The notes: generated from the letters alone by a model not told the origin. A stretch of 64,000 nt of DNA from Leucoraja erinacea (GCF_028641065.1 NC_073389.1:11346001-11410000); one strand, 5' to 3'; numbered from the stretch's first letter, positions 13,391 to 26,864 are shown. Translations and numbers: made by a program.

Positions 13391-13567
13391 CCTCGCCGTG
13401 GCTGCAGGCAATGTAACAGATGCTGCCTCGCCGTGGCTGCAGGCAATGCAACACGCGCTGTCTCACCGTGGCTGCAGGCAATGTAACATGCGCTGTCTCG
13501 CCGTGGCTGCAGGCAAATGAGGCAATGCAACAGGCGCTGCCTCGCCGTGGCTGCAGGCAATGCGACA
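13391..13567. repeat. 35-bp minisatellite, about 5 copies
   Basis: Unit cctcgccgtggctgcaggcaatgtaacagatgctg with variants. Confidence 0.9.
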
Positions 13568-13664
13568 GTGACAGATCTAGTACTGGAATTTAAATTATCA
13601 TTGGTCGAAGAAATAACAGACAATAATGCTAGGATTGGAGAAGACAGACAATTAGGAACAAGTA

Positions 13665-15145
13665 TAGGAAGGAACTGCAGATGCTGGTTTACACCGAAGA
13701 TAGACACAAGATGCTGGAGTAACTCAGGGGCCAGGCAGTATCTCTGGAGAAAAGGAATGGGTGACGATTCGAGTTGAGACCCTTCTTGAGACCTTTCTGA
13801 AGTACACCTGGCTGAAGATGACCTGCGGGCCAGAGATTAGCAGAATGAAGAGAAGAGAATGTTGTTTGGACAAGGTCGTGAGCATTGAAGCAGCACCAGA
13901 GAATTAACAGAAGCATCTTGCACAAGTCAGAGGGTAGTTAATCTTTAGTCAGAGGGTAGCTAATCTGTGGATCTCAATGCCACTGAGGGCAAAAGATAGA
14001 CAGGTGTCTAGGGTTATGGGGAGAAGGCAGAAAAATGGGATTAGGAGGCAGAGATCGGCCATGATTGACTGTCGGAGAGTCAATGGGCTGAATGGCCTAA
14101 TTCTATTCCTATCACCAGGGTGAACAAGCAGTCGCCATAAGGAGGGTTGGGATGAAGGGTCTCGACCCGAAACGTCACCCATTCCTTCTTTCCAGAGATG
14201 CTGCCTGTCCCGATGAGTTACTCCAGCATTTTGTGTCTACCTATGATTATAGACGATCTTGTTTGTCATTGGAAATAAAGCCCATCAGGGGAGTTCCCCT
14301 TGCTGTGTGTATGGCCCTATGATGAACTCATGTAGCAGTAGTTAAAAACTATTGGCACCAAGGACATAAGAAATTAAACAAAATAACTGTACATTTTCTT
14401 CCTACAGATTCTGGGCAACAAAGATGGAATGCCAAAATGAGAACCTGGAAGAAATTGCCCTATAATGATTCAAAATCATGTTGCAAGACCAAGATGGTGA
14501 TGGAAAACCAAACAACTATTTCATATCCTTCCATTGCATTTGCTAAAGCTAGTTGATTATCAATGTTCTTCTTGACTTTATACCACTTGTGTGATAACAG
14601 CTGACAAAGACCCATTATAATGCAATTTCAAATGCTGTATTTAAAGGTCCGATCCAAAAGAGAATGAGGAGACAATGCATTTGCAAAGAATGATGAATTC
14701 GGAAACATGGACCTGCAGATGCTGGTTTACAAAAAAGACACAAAGTGCTGGAGTAACCCAGTTGGTCACTCCAGGCCAGGCAGTATCTTTAGAGACCATG
14801 AATAGGTGATATTTCGGGTAGAGACCCTTCAGTCTGATTGTGATGATGGGGTTGGAAAGAAAACTGGTAGAGAAGTGGGAGCAGGACAAAACCTGGCAAG
14901 TGATAGGTGGATGGTGATAGGTGGACAGGTGAGGGGTAGTTTATTTGTCAGATGGTTGGGCAAAGGCCAGAGATAAAAAGACAAGAGGTGCGAGATAAGG
15001 ATAGAAGAGGTGTGAATTATGAAGCCAGAAGATGGAATATACGTGGAAGGGCACAGGAAAAACGGGAAGGGGAGAAATGGGTATGAATCCAAGTGGGGCA
15101 CAGGGAAGAGAGGGGAAAATAGGATGGGGAGGGGATTACCTGTAG
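13665..15145. mobile_element. Cluster of Penelope-derived 3' fragments (13665-13800 minus, 14150-14240 plus, 14705-15145 minus) and a CR1 3' fragment (13950-14115)
   Basis: Similarity to the 3660-3790 tail and to CR1 tails elsewhere in the window. Confidence 0.7.
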
Positions 15146-15149
15146 GTTA

Positions 15150-15325
15150 GTTTATAACATGAATAGGTGATGTTTCAGGGCGTGTTCCTTTTATAGCATG
15201 AATATGTGACGTTTCAGATCAGTAGCCTTTTATAACATGATTTGGTGATATTTTGCGTTAGGACCCTTTCATAACATACATGGGTGACATTTCAGATCGG
15301 GAACTTTATATAACTTCAATAGATG
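15150..15325. repeat. Degenerate ~39-bp tandem array (4-5 units) derived from the Penelope hammerhead-like segment
   Basis: Units like tttataacatgaataggtgatgtttcagggcgtgttcct; compare catgaataggtgatatttcgggtagagaccctt at about 14797-14830. Confidence 0.7.
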
Positions 15326-15636
15326 AATTTAGGAATGTCATGGTCTATGCCAGTTTTGCTATGGTTCGCTGCCGGGTCAGGGCATGGTCTGGAGCAGTGA
15401 GTAAAATAAATCTGGGTTGGAGGTGGTCTATAAGCTGAGGCCTGAATTCAGTGAATAAAAAGTCTTATCGATCATTTGAAGAATGATGAGCAGTTACACA
15501 TTTGACCACAATCTGTCCCGTGCAACCCTCACTTTGCCTACTCCAAAGTATCACTCCTCATCAATTTAACTTGCAAGCATGAACATTCTTTTCATTCTTA
15601 CTTTTTCTCCATTCAAATGCTGTCCATCCTGATATA

Positions 15637-17201
15637 CAGTGCCCTCCATAATGTTTGGACAAAGACCCATCATTTATTGATTTGCCTCTGTACTCCACAA
15701 TTTGAGATTTGTAATAGAAAAAATTCACATGTAGTTAAAGTGCAGATTTTAATAAAGGCCATTTTTATACATTCTGGTTTCACCATGTAGAAATTACAGC
15801 AGTGTTTAAACATAGCCCCCCCCCCCCCCCCCCCATTTCAGGGCACCATAATGTTTGGGACACAGCACTGTCATGTAAATGAAATTAGTCATGTTTAGTA
15901 TCTTGTTGCATATCCTTTGCATGCAATGACTGCTTGAAGTCTGCAATTCATGGACATCACAAGTTGCTGGGTGTCTTCTCTCGTGATGCTCTGCCAGGCC
16001 CGTAATTGCAGCCACCTTTAGCTTATGCTTGTTTTGGAGGCTGGACCCCTTCAGTTTTCTCTTCAAGGATGATTGACTTGTCCACTCAAAAAATTACCAT
16101 TTTATTGCTTCGAAAAACTCTAGCAGTATGTTTGGGATCATTGTTTTGTTGTAGAATGAACCGCCGGCCAATGAACTTGAGGAGATAGGATGTGTCTATA
16201 CCCTTCAGAATTCATTATGCTACTACCATCAGCAGTTGTATAATCAATGAAGATAAGGGAGCCAGTATCTTCAGCAGCCATACATGCCCAGGCCATAACA
16301 CCCCCACCACCGTGTTTCACAGATGAGGTGGTATGCTTTGGATCTTGGGCAGTTCCTTCTATCCTCCATACTTTGCTCTTGCCATCACTCTGATATAAGT
16401 TAATATTTGACTCATGTATCCGTAACACCTTTTTCCAGAAGTGGTTGCTCTTTTAAGTACTTCTTGGCAACTGTAACCTGGCCATCCAATTTTTGCGGCT
16501 AACCAGTGGTTTCCATCTTGCAGTATAGTCTCTGTAGTTCTGCTCATGAAGTCTTCTGCGGACAGTGGTCATTGACAAATCCACATCTGAAGAGTGTTTC
16601 TGATCTGTCGGACAGGTGTTTGGGGATTTTTCTTTATTATAGAGAATTCTTCTGTCATCAGCTGTGGAGGTCTTCCATGGCCTGCCAGTCCCTTTGCGAC
16701 TAGTAAGCTCACCAGCACTTTTTCTTCTTAATGATGTTCCAAACAGTTGATTTTGGTAAGCCTACGGTTTGGCTGATGTCTCTAAGAGTTTTATTCTTGT
16801 TTCTCAGTCTCATAATGGCTTCTTTGACTTTTATTGGCACAACTTTGGTCCTCATGTTGATAAACAGCAATAAAGGTTTCCAAATGTGATGGAAAGACTG
16901 GAGGAAAGACTAGGTGCTGAGAGCTCTCTTATACCTGCATTAAGCAGTCAATTAAATTATAGACGCCTGTGAAGCCATGTGTCCCAAACATTATGGTGCC
17001 CTGAAATGGGGGAACTGTCTAAACACAGCTGTAATTTCTACACGGTGAAACCAAAATGTATAATGATGGTCTTTAATAAAATCTGACAATGTGCACTTTA
17101 ACCACATGTGATTTTTTTTCTATTACAAATCTCAAATTGTGGAGTATAGAGGCAAATAAATAAATTATGGTTCTTTGTCCCAAACATTATGGAGGGCAAT
17201 G
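15637..17201 (-). mobile_element. Tc1-family DNA transposon, IR/DR type, defective transposase
   Basis: TA|CAGTGCCCTCCATAATGTTTGG...CCAAACATTATGGAGGGCAATG|TA; about 230-bp TIRs with inner direct repeat ccataatgtttgggaca; minus-strand KVWRIEGTAQDPKHTTSSVKHGGGGVMAWACMAA; frameshifts present. Confidence 0.93.
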
Positions 17202-17929
17202 TATTTTATCTCCTTGATTGTCATCAAATATACTGCATCCATCCAGTGAACATATTTCTTTAGCAACTTCATGGACCTATCCTTTATCCCATTGTAAACA
17301 GAAAGCGCTGAAAATGGCTTGGAATGGATTTCACACCAACAGTTACAGAGGATGGAGCGCTGGTGACCTGTGGATTTCAGCAACCTGCTGTGTCTGAGGA
17401 GGTATCATCACAGTACACGACTCACTATTAACAACTGGGGAAGAGATAGTCAGAGCAGCATCAGAGGCCATCCCCTTTGCAGTTCTAAGCGTTGGAAGAT
17501 CCCAGTGGGGCACGAAATGTTGCCTATCCAATCCCTCCACAGATGCTGCCTGACTCACCGAGTTCCTCCAGCACTTTGTGTTTTGCTGAACATTCCAGCA
17601 TCTGCAGTTCTTTGTGTCTCACTTTCAAGTTCTGCTCAACTTGACATATGCCATACCCCGAGTGATCACTAAAGAGTAGCTGGAAATGTACAACATACTG
17701 ACCATCTGTAATAATCCTAAATGCAAATAGAATGAAGTCCTTCGCCGCTTTGAGTATACAGTGATGCATTATAATGATGGACTAGATCCCAATGACAAAC
17801 ATTGACAGTTGCAAGTAGAACTGCCAGTTTTTAGCCATTACAAATGCCAATGTATCTAGGACTACTGTGCATGTGTTGTCAAATCTTATGTTCCAAATTA
17901 ATTGAACGGACGGTATAACATGTATCACT

Positions 17930-18110
17930 GCATGTTCTCCATGATGACATGGGTTTCCTCTGGGTGTTCCAGTTTCATCCCACATCCTAAAAACGTGCAG
18001 GTTTGTACATTAATTGGCCTCTAAATTGTTCCTCGAGTATAGGGAGTGGATGTGAAAATGAGATAACATAGAACTAGTGTGAACGGGTGATCGATGGTCA
18101 GCATGGACCA
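17930..18110 (+). mobile_element. Truncated HE1/V-SINE-like element
   Basis: V-domain-like gggtttcctctgggtgttccagtttcatcccaca. Confidence 0.7.
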
Positions 18111-19354
18111 AAGCTCTTCAAAACCTTCAATTATATTAATGGCTGTTTGACTTGTTGTAAAGGGAATGTTTCCAAATTTATTTTAATCACTGCAGAAAAA
18201 AAAGTGCAATGTCCCAATAAAATTGCTTCAAGACTGTATATACTTTTATTATCAGGTATTTCAAATCTTAAGGCTTAAAACTTTAGACTGGATCAAGAGC
18301 AAATTCCTCCCCAAAATTTAAGGTCAATGACATTGAAGCAAGCTGATGGGAATTTCAAGAGACATTTTGGATCAAGAGTGACTATGTACTCATGCCACAC
18401 TTTGAGAACAGAATATTATACAAGGATTAGAGATTTTACATCAAATCATGTACAGTATTTACATTTCAACGGGTGAGCCAAATTCAGAACTTATAATTAC
18501 AATGTAACAGAAATGTCTGAACACTACTTGTTAACTTGACATATGATTATTGTAAATGTTCTGAGTTTTCCAAAGATTATAACAGTTTAAAGTTATTTAC
18601 CTAAACTTTGCCCATTACCAAGTTGCTCTGGCCACATGTGCCCCTGGAGTTGAATGACAAGCCTGCCAGGCATCTCTTGGGAATTTGCCAAGGTGGCATC
18701 ACTGTGAATTCTACGCCACATGTATTTGGCATGCACAGGCCCACTCTGATGTTGATCCAATCAACAATGGAAGCAACACACACTCCTTAAGACTGTTTTC
18801 GTAATTCACGGGCACCTGGATTCTCTTTGTAATAGTTTGTGCAAAGACAAATGTGCGTTAATTAATCAACAAAGCAACTGACAATATAATACCCTTAGTT
18901 AATAATGAAAAGAAACAAACACAATTTATGATTTTAAATAAGCCTTTCATACTTTGTATTTTCTTTTTTACAGTAAATGTCCAATAATCCACTAAATACT
19001 CATAAATCCTGTTATCTTGGTCTCAGGCTCACTAGGCAAAGTATGCTGCATTCTCTCACCATGGCTGCAGCTTCTGCACTTGCTTCCTACTTGCAATCAA
19101 CCAGAGTCCCATGTTCTTTGTTTAAGCACCAAGCCCCAGTGTCATGCACCATTTAAATTTGCCTCCTTGAATGGAAAGTGTATTATAATATTCTCAATAA
19201 GTTAACTTTTGCTGCACACTCATGGATTCATTCACAAGCAACTCTAGGAAAATTAAGAATATGTACATTTTCACTTGTTGGCACCTGTAGGACATTGACC
19301 ATCGACACAGACTTGAGCACCCACCTTTTTCTAACTGATAGAATCACAACACAG

Positions 19355-19642
19355 CAGTAGCGTGGCAGTAGAACTGCTGTTTATTTTGTGAGACCTGGGT
19401 TCGATCCTGACTGCAGGTGATGTCTGTACGGAGTTTGTATGTTCTTCCTGTAACTGCGTAGGTTTTCTCCGGGTGCTCTGGTTTCCTCCCACACTCCAAA
19501 GACATACAGGTCTGTAGGTTCATTGGCTTTGGTAAAATTGTAAATCGGCTCCAGTTTGTAGGCTAGTGTTAGTGTACGGGGTGATCGCTGTTCATCGTGC
19601 ACTCGGCGGGTCAAAGGGCCTGTTTCCTTGATGTATCTCTAA
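19355..19642 (+). mobile_element. HE1/V-SINE-like tRNA-derived SINE
   Basis: B-box ggttcgatcc, V-domain ttctccgggtgctctggtttcctcccaca, CR1-like tail gggcctgtttcc...tgtatctctaa. Confidence 0.85.
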
Positions 19643-20484
19643 AGGACGTTTCATATAATTACCACCACAACAAATAACCTATCAGGAGCCTGTATAATGC
19701 GTTTGAAGTTATTAACTTAATCTGGACACAATTTTGATAAAATCAGTGAGGAGCTGGAGGCAATAAAATTAAGGGCCTTGGTGATTTTCACTCATCGGGT
19801 CCCATAATGAGCGGGTTTTCCACTAGGAGATAATGGCTCTTTATCAACATCATTACATAATCTGAACCGCCTGGAACACTGCTCTTCTGACTTTTTTCTG
19901 GTATGTTACTTTTTTCAAAATGGTTCTTGAAACCCTTCAACACATCCAATCAGTTCACTCTTCATTAAATGTTCAACCCAGGCAGCCAGGACCCTCTCAT
20001 GATATGTGATTCACAAAGACAAAAAAATGAAGACTAGCAGTTGTGCAAACTCAGCATTTTCCACAAGCAGGCATATTTATTTCAAACAGGAATATTTATT
20101 TCTGTGTTTCTATGAGCTCGATTCCACCTTCTCAGTTTTATTATCTCTCCATATTTTCAATGGTGACTTTCAAAAAGCCCTCAGAAATCAGACCAATGCT
20201 TGGGATGTGACTTTAAATTTTAAAGTGTGCAAGACGAGGATTTAAATTGTAATCTCCTACCTATTCCACCCCAACATCAATCTTATATATCAACATAAAA
20301 TTCAACTCAGAATCTTGTGGCATAAAGTACAACTCAGGCATTTGAACACAGGGAAAGTGAGGTTGCAGAGGATGAGCTGAGGTTTTGCTGTGCCCGTTAG
20401 TAATGCCATCATTCAATTAATACTTAAACATGGTGAATAAAATTCTACTCAGCCCCACGAATTGTGCCAAATCACACACAATCA

Positions 20485-21198
20485 ATCACAATAATACTTT
20501 ATTAGCCAAGTATGTTTTGCAACATACGAGGAATTTTATATGGCAAGTCAGACGTACAAATAAAAAGCAATGGAACACACAAAACACATTTTAACATAAA
20601 CATCCATCACAGTGACTCCTCCACATTTCTCACTGTGATAGAAGTCGAAAAAAAAGTTCAGTCTCTTCCCTTTGCTCTCCCGCGGTGGGGGGGCCTCGAG
20701 CCCTCCGTTGACGGGATGATCTTGACTCCCGTAGCTGTCGGCAGGCCCTCCAGGTCGAAGCGATCAGCTCCTGCATCGGGGGGATGTTAGGTCCCCCGGG
20801 CCGGTCGATCAAACCCTGCATGGGGGCTGGTCGAATTTTCAGCGACGTTGGAGTTCCCGACGTCCACGGCCTCTCCTGAGACTGCGAGCTCCCGATGTAA
20901 AGTCCGCAGGCCGCGGTTGGAGCGATCCCAGGCAAGGGATCGACCCCGATGTAAGCCCACGCCCCACGGTGGTGCCCAAGTTCAGTCCGAGGAGGCCTCC
21001 AGCTCCATCGATGGTAGGTTGCAGAGCGACCGGAGGATGTGATCCGAAAATTAATCGCATCTCCGGCAAGGTAAGTAACTGAAATAAAGTTTCCCCTGAC
21101 CCTTCCCCACACCCCCCATCATTTGCACGAACTTTTAGCACACTAAAAAAGTTTTAGAAGATTAAAAAACAGACAAACTGTTGGCGGGGCTTCCAATC
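20485..21198 (-). repeat. Unclassified GC-rich interspersed repeat (related to 23500-24050)
   Basis: Shares aacatcca(t/c)cacag...ccacatt..tc.ctgtgat.gaag and acagac..actgttggcg with the second copy; left end resembles a reversed LINE-type tail with aataaa. Confidence 0.6.
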
Positions 21199-21919
21199 GT
21201 GAATCTAATTACTGACAACTGTAGAATCTAATTACTGACAACTGGTGAATGGTATGCTTGCTTTCTTTGAACGCTTAATTACAAATAGCAACATGCAAGG
21301 ACACAGACTTTTCATGGCATACTCCTCCTAAACTAGATGATTATTCTTGGTCAGATTGTGGCTCCCTTTTGTTCTTGTCCCAGACTCAGGTTTTCTGTCT
21401 ATTTGGTCCTAGGGTCATTCTGTGATCCAGGTTCTGGTGCTCTTCTAGGGTTTGGTTATGAGTTAAGCCCTGCTTCCAATACTCACCTCCCTCCTATCTT
21501 CTGTTCTCTTCCAATGAAACAGTACTATATTAATAGTCCAGTCCATGTCTATTCCACTTTGTTCATCTTCATCCAGTTGCAGCCAAAGTATCACCTTCTT
21601 TTTCCATTTGTGTAGCATAGTTTTTGATACTGACCCAATAGGGAAGAGAGGTACATGGAATTGATCCCGACAGTTCATTTAAGAACCTTACTTGTCATGT
21701 GTGTCTCCTGACCAATCCTTAAGTATTTCCACCTCTTAAACTATGCCTCTGATTGTATCACAGTCAACCCTAGGTAGTTTCTCAATTATTTTTGGAACAA
21801 AGATATTTAGAGGTGTATTAGGGAACAAATAATTATCTGCATGATCTGTTTCCGGAGGACTAGTGGCTCCCTATGTGCTGTACCCACGGAGATGTCTTTG
21901 TTTACATAGCCGACTATAG

Positions 21920-22412
21920 CAAAGATGCTATTAAGTTGGAAAGAGTGCACAAAAATTGACGAGGTTGTTACCAGGAATCAAGAGACTATGTTATAGGGAG
22001 AGATTGGGCAGTCGAAGACTTTATTCTTTGGTATACAAGAGAGAGAGGTGATCTTATAGGGATGTATAAAATCATCAGGGGTATAGAAAGGGTGAATGCA
22101 CAGTCTTTTGATATAGAAATCAAGAACTAGAGGGTACAGATTTAAGGTGAGGGGAAATCATTCAATGTGAACTTGAAGGGCAATTTTTTTCCCACACAAA
22201 TGGTGGGATAAATATGCAATGAGCTGTCAAACAAAGTGGTTGAGGTAGATACAGTAACATTTAAAAGACATTTGGATAGGTACATGGATGGGAAAGGTTA
22301 AGAGGGATATGGGTTCAACATGGGCAAATGGTACTAGCTTAGATGGACATTTTATCAGCACGGGCTACTTGGGTCAAATGGCCTGTTTCAGTACTATAAG
22401 AGTCGATGACTA
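21920..22412 (+). mobile_element. CR1-clade LINE 3' fragment
   Basis: Remnant of ...LERV...RGDLI..YKII.G...TRG.RFKVRG and CR1 3' UTR. Confidence 0.8.
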
Positions 22413-23185
22413 ATTCAATTAATCCTATTGACTATGAAGAGAATGGTTGAAAGCAGAATTTACAGAGACCTACGGGATCAGACAACATCCTGGTGCAGCA
22501 GTGAAGACCTCCCTCAATATCAGCCATTTCATTCAATTTGTTCAAGAATAGATACAGGATTGGAAAAAAGCCAAATCTAAGCGTTGTTCACAGTGTTAAT
22601 AAGTGACCATTACGTCTGATATCTGATGACAAATGTGCAAAGCTTCATTTCATTCGCAGCTCCTGAGAAAATGGAACCGCACACATGACCTAGTTAACAT
22701 TTAGATTAGTGGCAGAAACATTTACAACCAAAAATGGCATATAATGGCCATCTCCCATGAGCAAATCTCTATTTATCAGTCTTGAGATTCAATTGCAAGT
22801 CCCACCATATCAGCTCTTTTGAGGTTATCATTGACCAGATGATGCTGGATTCACCATGAAATTACCATGTCTTAAAGGCATTCCAGAGAATGGATATACA
22901 GCTGTGAATGCCTCTCCTCCTCATGTCTTGAGCTTTGCACCATCAACAAGGCACAAGTCAAAGGTCTTTTATTGTCATGTACCAATTAAGGTACAGTGAT
23001 ATGCAAATTACCATACAACCATACGAAAAAAAAGCAACAAGACACACAATTACATAAAAGGAGGCACGGGTTATTGATAGGGGACAATCAGCCATGATCA
23101 CAATGAATGGCAGTGCTGGCTCGAAGGGCCGAATAGCCTCCTCCTGCAACTATTTTCTATGTTTCTTTTGGTCATGGTGGTTCAG

Positions 23186-23500
23186 GGGCAGTCACGGTGG
23201 CATAGCGGTAGAGTTGTGCGAATGTAGCTCTGGAGACCCGGGTTCGATCCCAATTATGGGTGCTGTCTGTACAGTGTTTGTACGTTCTCCCAGTGACTTA
23301 CGTGGGTTTTCTCCGAGATCTTTGGTTTCCTCCCACATTCCAAAGACGTACAGGTTTGTAGGTTAAATGTCTTGGTAAACGTAAAAATTGTCCCTAGTGG
23401 GTGTAGAATAATGTTAATGTGCGGAGATCGCTGGTTGGCGCGGACCCTGTGAGCCGAAGGACCTGTTTCCTTGCTGTTTCTCTAAACTAAACTAAACTAA
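23186..23500 (+). mobile_element. HE1/V-SINE-like SINE
   Basis: gggcagtcacggtggcatagcggtagag...ggttcgatcc...ggtttcctcccaca...(taaac)n tail. Confidence 0.88.
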
Positions 23501-24050
23501 ATGAACATCCACCACAGCAGATTCCCCACATTCCTCTCTGTGATGGAAGGCAAAATGTTCCAATCTTCTTCCTCTTTATCTCCCTCAGTCGGTGCAGACG
23601 AGCCATCTGTTGGGGCGATCGAAGCTCCCATAGTCGGCGGTCAAAGCCCCTGCGTCGGGGCGATAGAAGCTCCTGCGGCTTGGAGTTCCCAAAGTCAGTC
23701 TCTGACCAGAAACCTTGGGCTCTGTGATGTTAAAGTCCACAAGCACCCATGGTTGGAGCTCCGAGGTCGATCCCTGGCAAATGGTAAGTCCACAGGCTCC
23801 ACGGTGGAGCTCTCAAAATTGGTCTCCAACTCCTCGATGTTAGGCCGCAGTGTGGACAGATACGATACGGAAAAAAAACGCATCTCCGTCGAGGTAAGAT
23901 ATTAGAAAAAGTTTTCCCCAACCCCCCACCTAAAACAAGCTAAAGAACTCTAAAAACATACATTTAACACATACTATTAAACAGTAGAAAGAAAGGACAG
24001 ACAGACAGACTGTTGGCGAGGCAGCAGCCATTGTTGGCGCCACCCGGTGT
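23500..24050 (-). repeat. Second copy of the unclassified GC-rich repeat family
   Basis: Similarity to 20485-21198. Confidence 0.6.
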
Positions 24051-25099
24051 CAGGAATATAACAGAATACACTCCACTTGTTTTGATGAGTGCCGCTCCAA
24101 CAGGCAGAAACCCCATCCATAACAAAGCAGCCCATTTGACTTGAACTATAACCAGTAACCTAAATGTTCCCTACCTAGTTCAATGGTGTACTACGCCTGC
24201 AATGTGATGACTGACAAAATGCATTGCATTCAGATGCATACACTACACAAACATCATCCAATCTTATGACCTGTCCTCGTATGAGTATAGGCAGGAGATG
24301 GATTGGTGTCAGAACAACAACCTTGCTCTCAACATCAGTGAAACCAAGGAACTTGGTTCCATATTTTCAAGAGAGTTAAATTTAGCTCTTAGGGCTAAGG
24401 GAATCAAGGGATATAGGGAGAAAGCAGGAACGTGATTGTGGATGATCTGCCATGATCACATTGAATGGCGGTGCTGGCTCGAAGGGCCGAATAGACTATT
24501 CCTGCACCTATTTTCTATGTTTCAAACTGATTGTGTAGGATCAGCTGTTACACAACTGATGCTGTCAGTTGTGCTGGTTTACACCAAAGATAGACTCAAA
24601 ATACTGGAGTAACTCAGGAATGGGTTCCTTCTCTCCAGAGATGCTGCCTGTCCAGCCGAGTAACTCTAACATTTTTTGTCTATCCAAGGAACTGGTTGTT
24701 GACTTTAGAAGAGGAAAGCAGAAGATCCATAAACCTGTGCTCATTGACAGGTGGTGGAGCTAAAATAAAAAAAATTCCTGGGCATGCATATCTCTGTTCT
24801 GCACCCAGCACATTGATGCAAACACAAAGCAAGCCCATCAACGTCCAACAAGGATCTGCAGGATTGCCAATATCAAAGATCAACAGGACTCTGGCGATGG
24901 CTCTCATTTTGCTACGACCGTTAGGAGATGGTCCATCCATTATCTCCAGAGAAGTCGCCTGACCCGCCGAGTTGCTCCAGTACTTTGTGCTTTTTCAAAA
25001 CAACCTGTTTGCTAGCGCTCTTGGGAAAAGTGTCTTGCAAACGTTCAACACACAAGATACCTACAAGTTCACTTCATCAGCGTGAACGTTTCTGATGGG

Positions 25100-25760
25100 C
25101 GTCTGTGTGGCATTCCCCAGGGGATTGTGCTGCGGAAGCGAACACTGACCGGAGATCTCCCTCCCGAGGCAGCCGGCAGCCTGTTGACCGCTCCGGCCCC
25201 CCGCGGCCGCTCGCTCGCTCGCTCCCTCCCTCCCTCCTCCCCGGACTCGGGATCCCGCTTCCCTTCCCTTCCCTCCCGGGCCCCCGCGGCCGCTCGCTCC
25301 CTCCTCCCCGGACTCGGGCTCCTGCTCCCCGCCCCGGGCCCCCGCGGCCAAAGATCCTATTGGGGAGGAAGATGCCGGCCCGGAAGCGCTTCTTGTTTTG
25401 GTCGGGCTGCCGGAAGTGACGCGAGGCGGAGCGGGTCGGTGGAGGAGAAGATGGCGGCGGTGGGTTGGAGCTGACACTCAGTCCGGGGGGGGGGCCTGGG
25501 GGGGGGGGAAAGGGAGGGAAGGAACGGCGTTGGCTTCATTGGCGGTCAAGCGCCAAGTGAAGCCGAGCGTGGAGAGGGAAGAAGGGGCGGGGGGGGTACA
25601 AGAGCGCAGGGATAGCCCCTCATGGTCCGCGGTTAGAAGGAGGGTCGCGTTGTGTGGAGGAGCGGCGGCTACTGATGTTGGTGAGTGGGGTGGAGGGGAG
25701 CCGGAGCCGGAGCCGGCGGCATCCACCGGGCAAGTGTTGCTCTTTTCACCCTAAACCCTT
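25100..25760 (+). promoter_or_regulatory. CpG-island promoter and first (leader) exon of KLHL15
   Basis: High GC/CpG; ETS-CRE-like CCGGAAGTGACGC at 25410; YY1 AAGATGGCGGC at 25448; strong donor TTG|gtgagt at 25680/25681. Confidence 0.8.
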
Positions 25761-26864
25761 AGTGAAACGGGATTAAGGTGCCCTTCTTTTCATTCACAAC
25801 GCCGCATCGTTTCACCTGAAGAAGAAAGAGATTCGAGGAGGGAAGGGAAGGGGAGGGATGTTAAACGTGGTGACAAGTTTTTTTTGATAAGCCCCTTCGC
25901 CCTGACTCCGGTTGTGTTGTACGTATTTAAAATTAAACTTTGTTGAGGTCGACCATTGAAGTATTTTAAGAAATAAGACGCTAGATTATAACCGAAGCTA
26001 GCGTTTTATTTCTTAAAATATCCCAAGATCAAATAACCCCGCTAGCACGTGTTTATTTTGAATGAGTGGGATTTAAACCATAAGTGATCGCCACAGCGTT
26101 TAATAATTTTCAGAAAAACATGAAAAGATTTTGAAGACCGGTTGTGAATGGTTAGGCTATGATATTTCCCTTTGCTATCATGAAATACACATCCTGGGAC
26201 ATAGCTTTTCACTGTACCTCGGTACATGTGACAATAAACTAAACTGAACTGTTATATCACAACGATAATTGCTAGACTGTAACCTTTCTCCCCCCCCCCC
26301 CCCCCCATCCATTCCAACAATCAGCCTGAAGAAGGGTCCTGACCCGAATCCTCACCTATCCTTGTTCTCCAAAGATGCTGCCTAACACAGCAGTGATGAT
26401 CCTGCAAGTTTCTCGAAACGTATTAAGACACGTCATGTAAATCCCAAATGCCCTTGAACATGGCATTGGTTTTTTTTTATAGTGTGGATACACATAATTA
26501 TTGTCGGCATACTGCTTGCATTCTTTCTATCATGTCTATAGGAAGGTTAAAATGGTGGTCATGTAGTGTTCATTTTTCAATTTTCTTAATGATCATGAGT
26601 AAGCCAGAACTTTTATTAAATGACTATTAAATACAACTGCAAACAATGAAGAATGTTAGATGGCAATAAGCTGAATTGGCATAGCTTGAGTCAGGTGACT
26701 CATTTTTTTCTTTAGGAAACATACAATAGTTTAAATATATGCATCAAGCATATTAACAGTAACAATTAACAGTACGCAACTCAGCTCCTCAGCCTATTCC
26801 CCAATTTCAATGAAATCTGTTTGTAAAGAGGAGGAACAAGGAATTGCAGATGCTCAGTTGGTAC

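Noticed and set aside
13391-13567. 35-bp repeats superficially like a CRISPR array
   Set aside because: No unique spacers, no cas genes, eukaryotic context; it is a minisatellite.
25061-25754. Several 80-140 aa ORFs on both strands
   Set aside because: Expected in GC-rich CpG-island sequence; low complexity and no recognisable domain.
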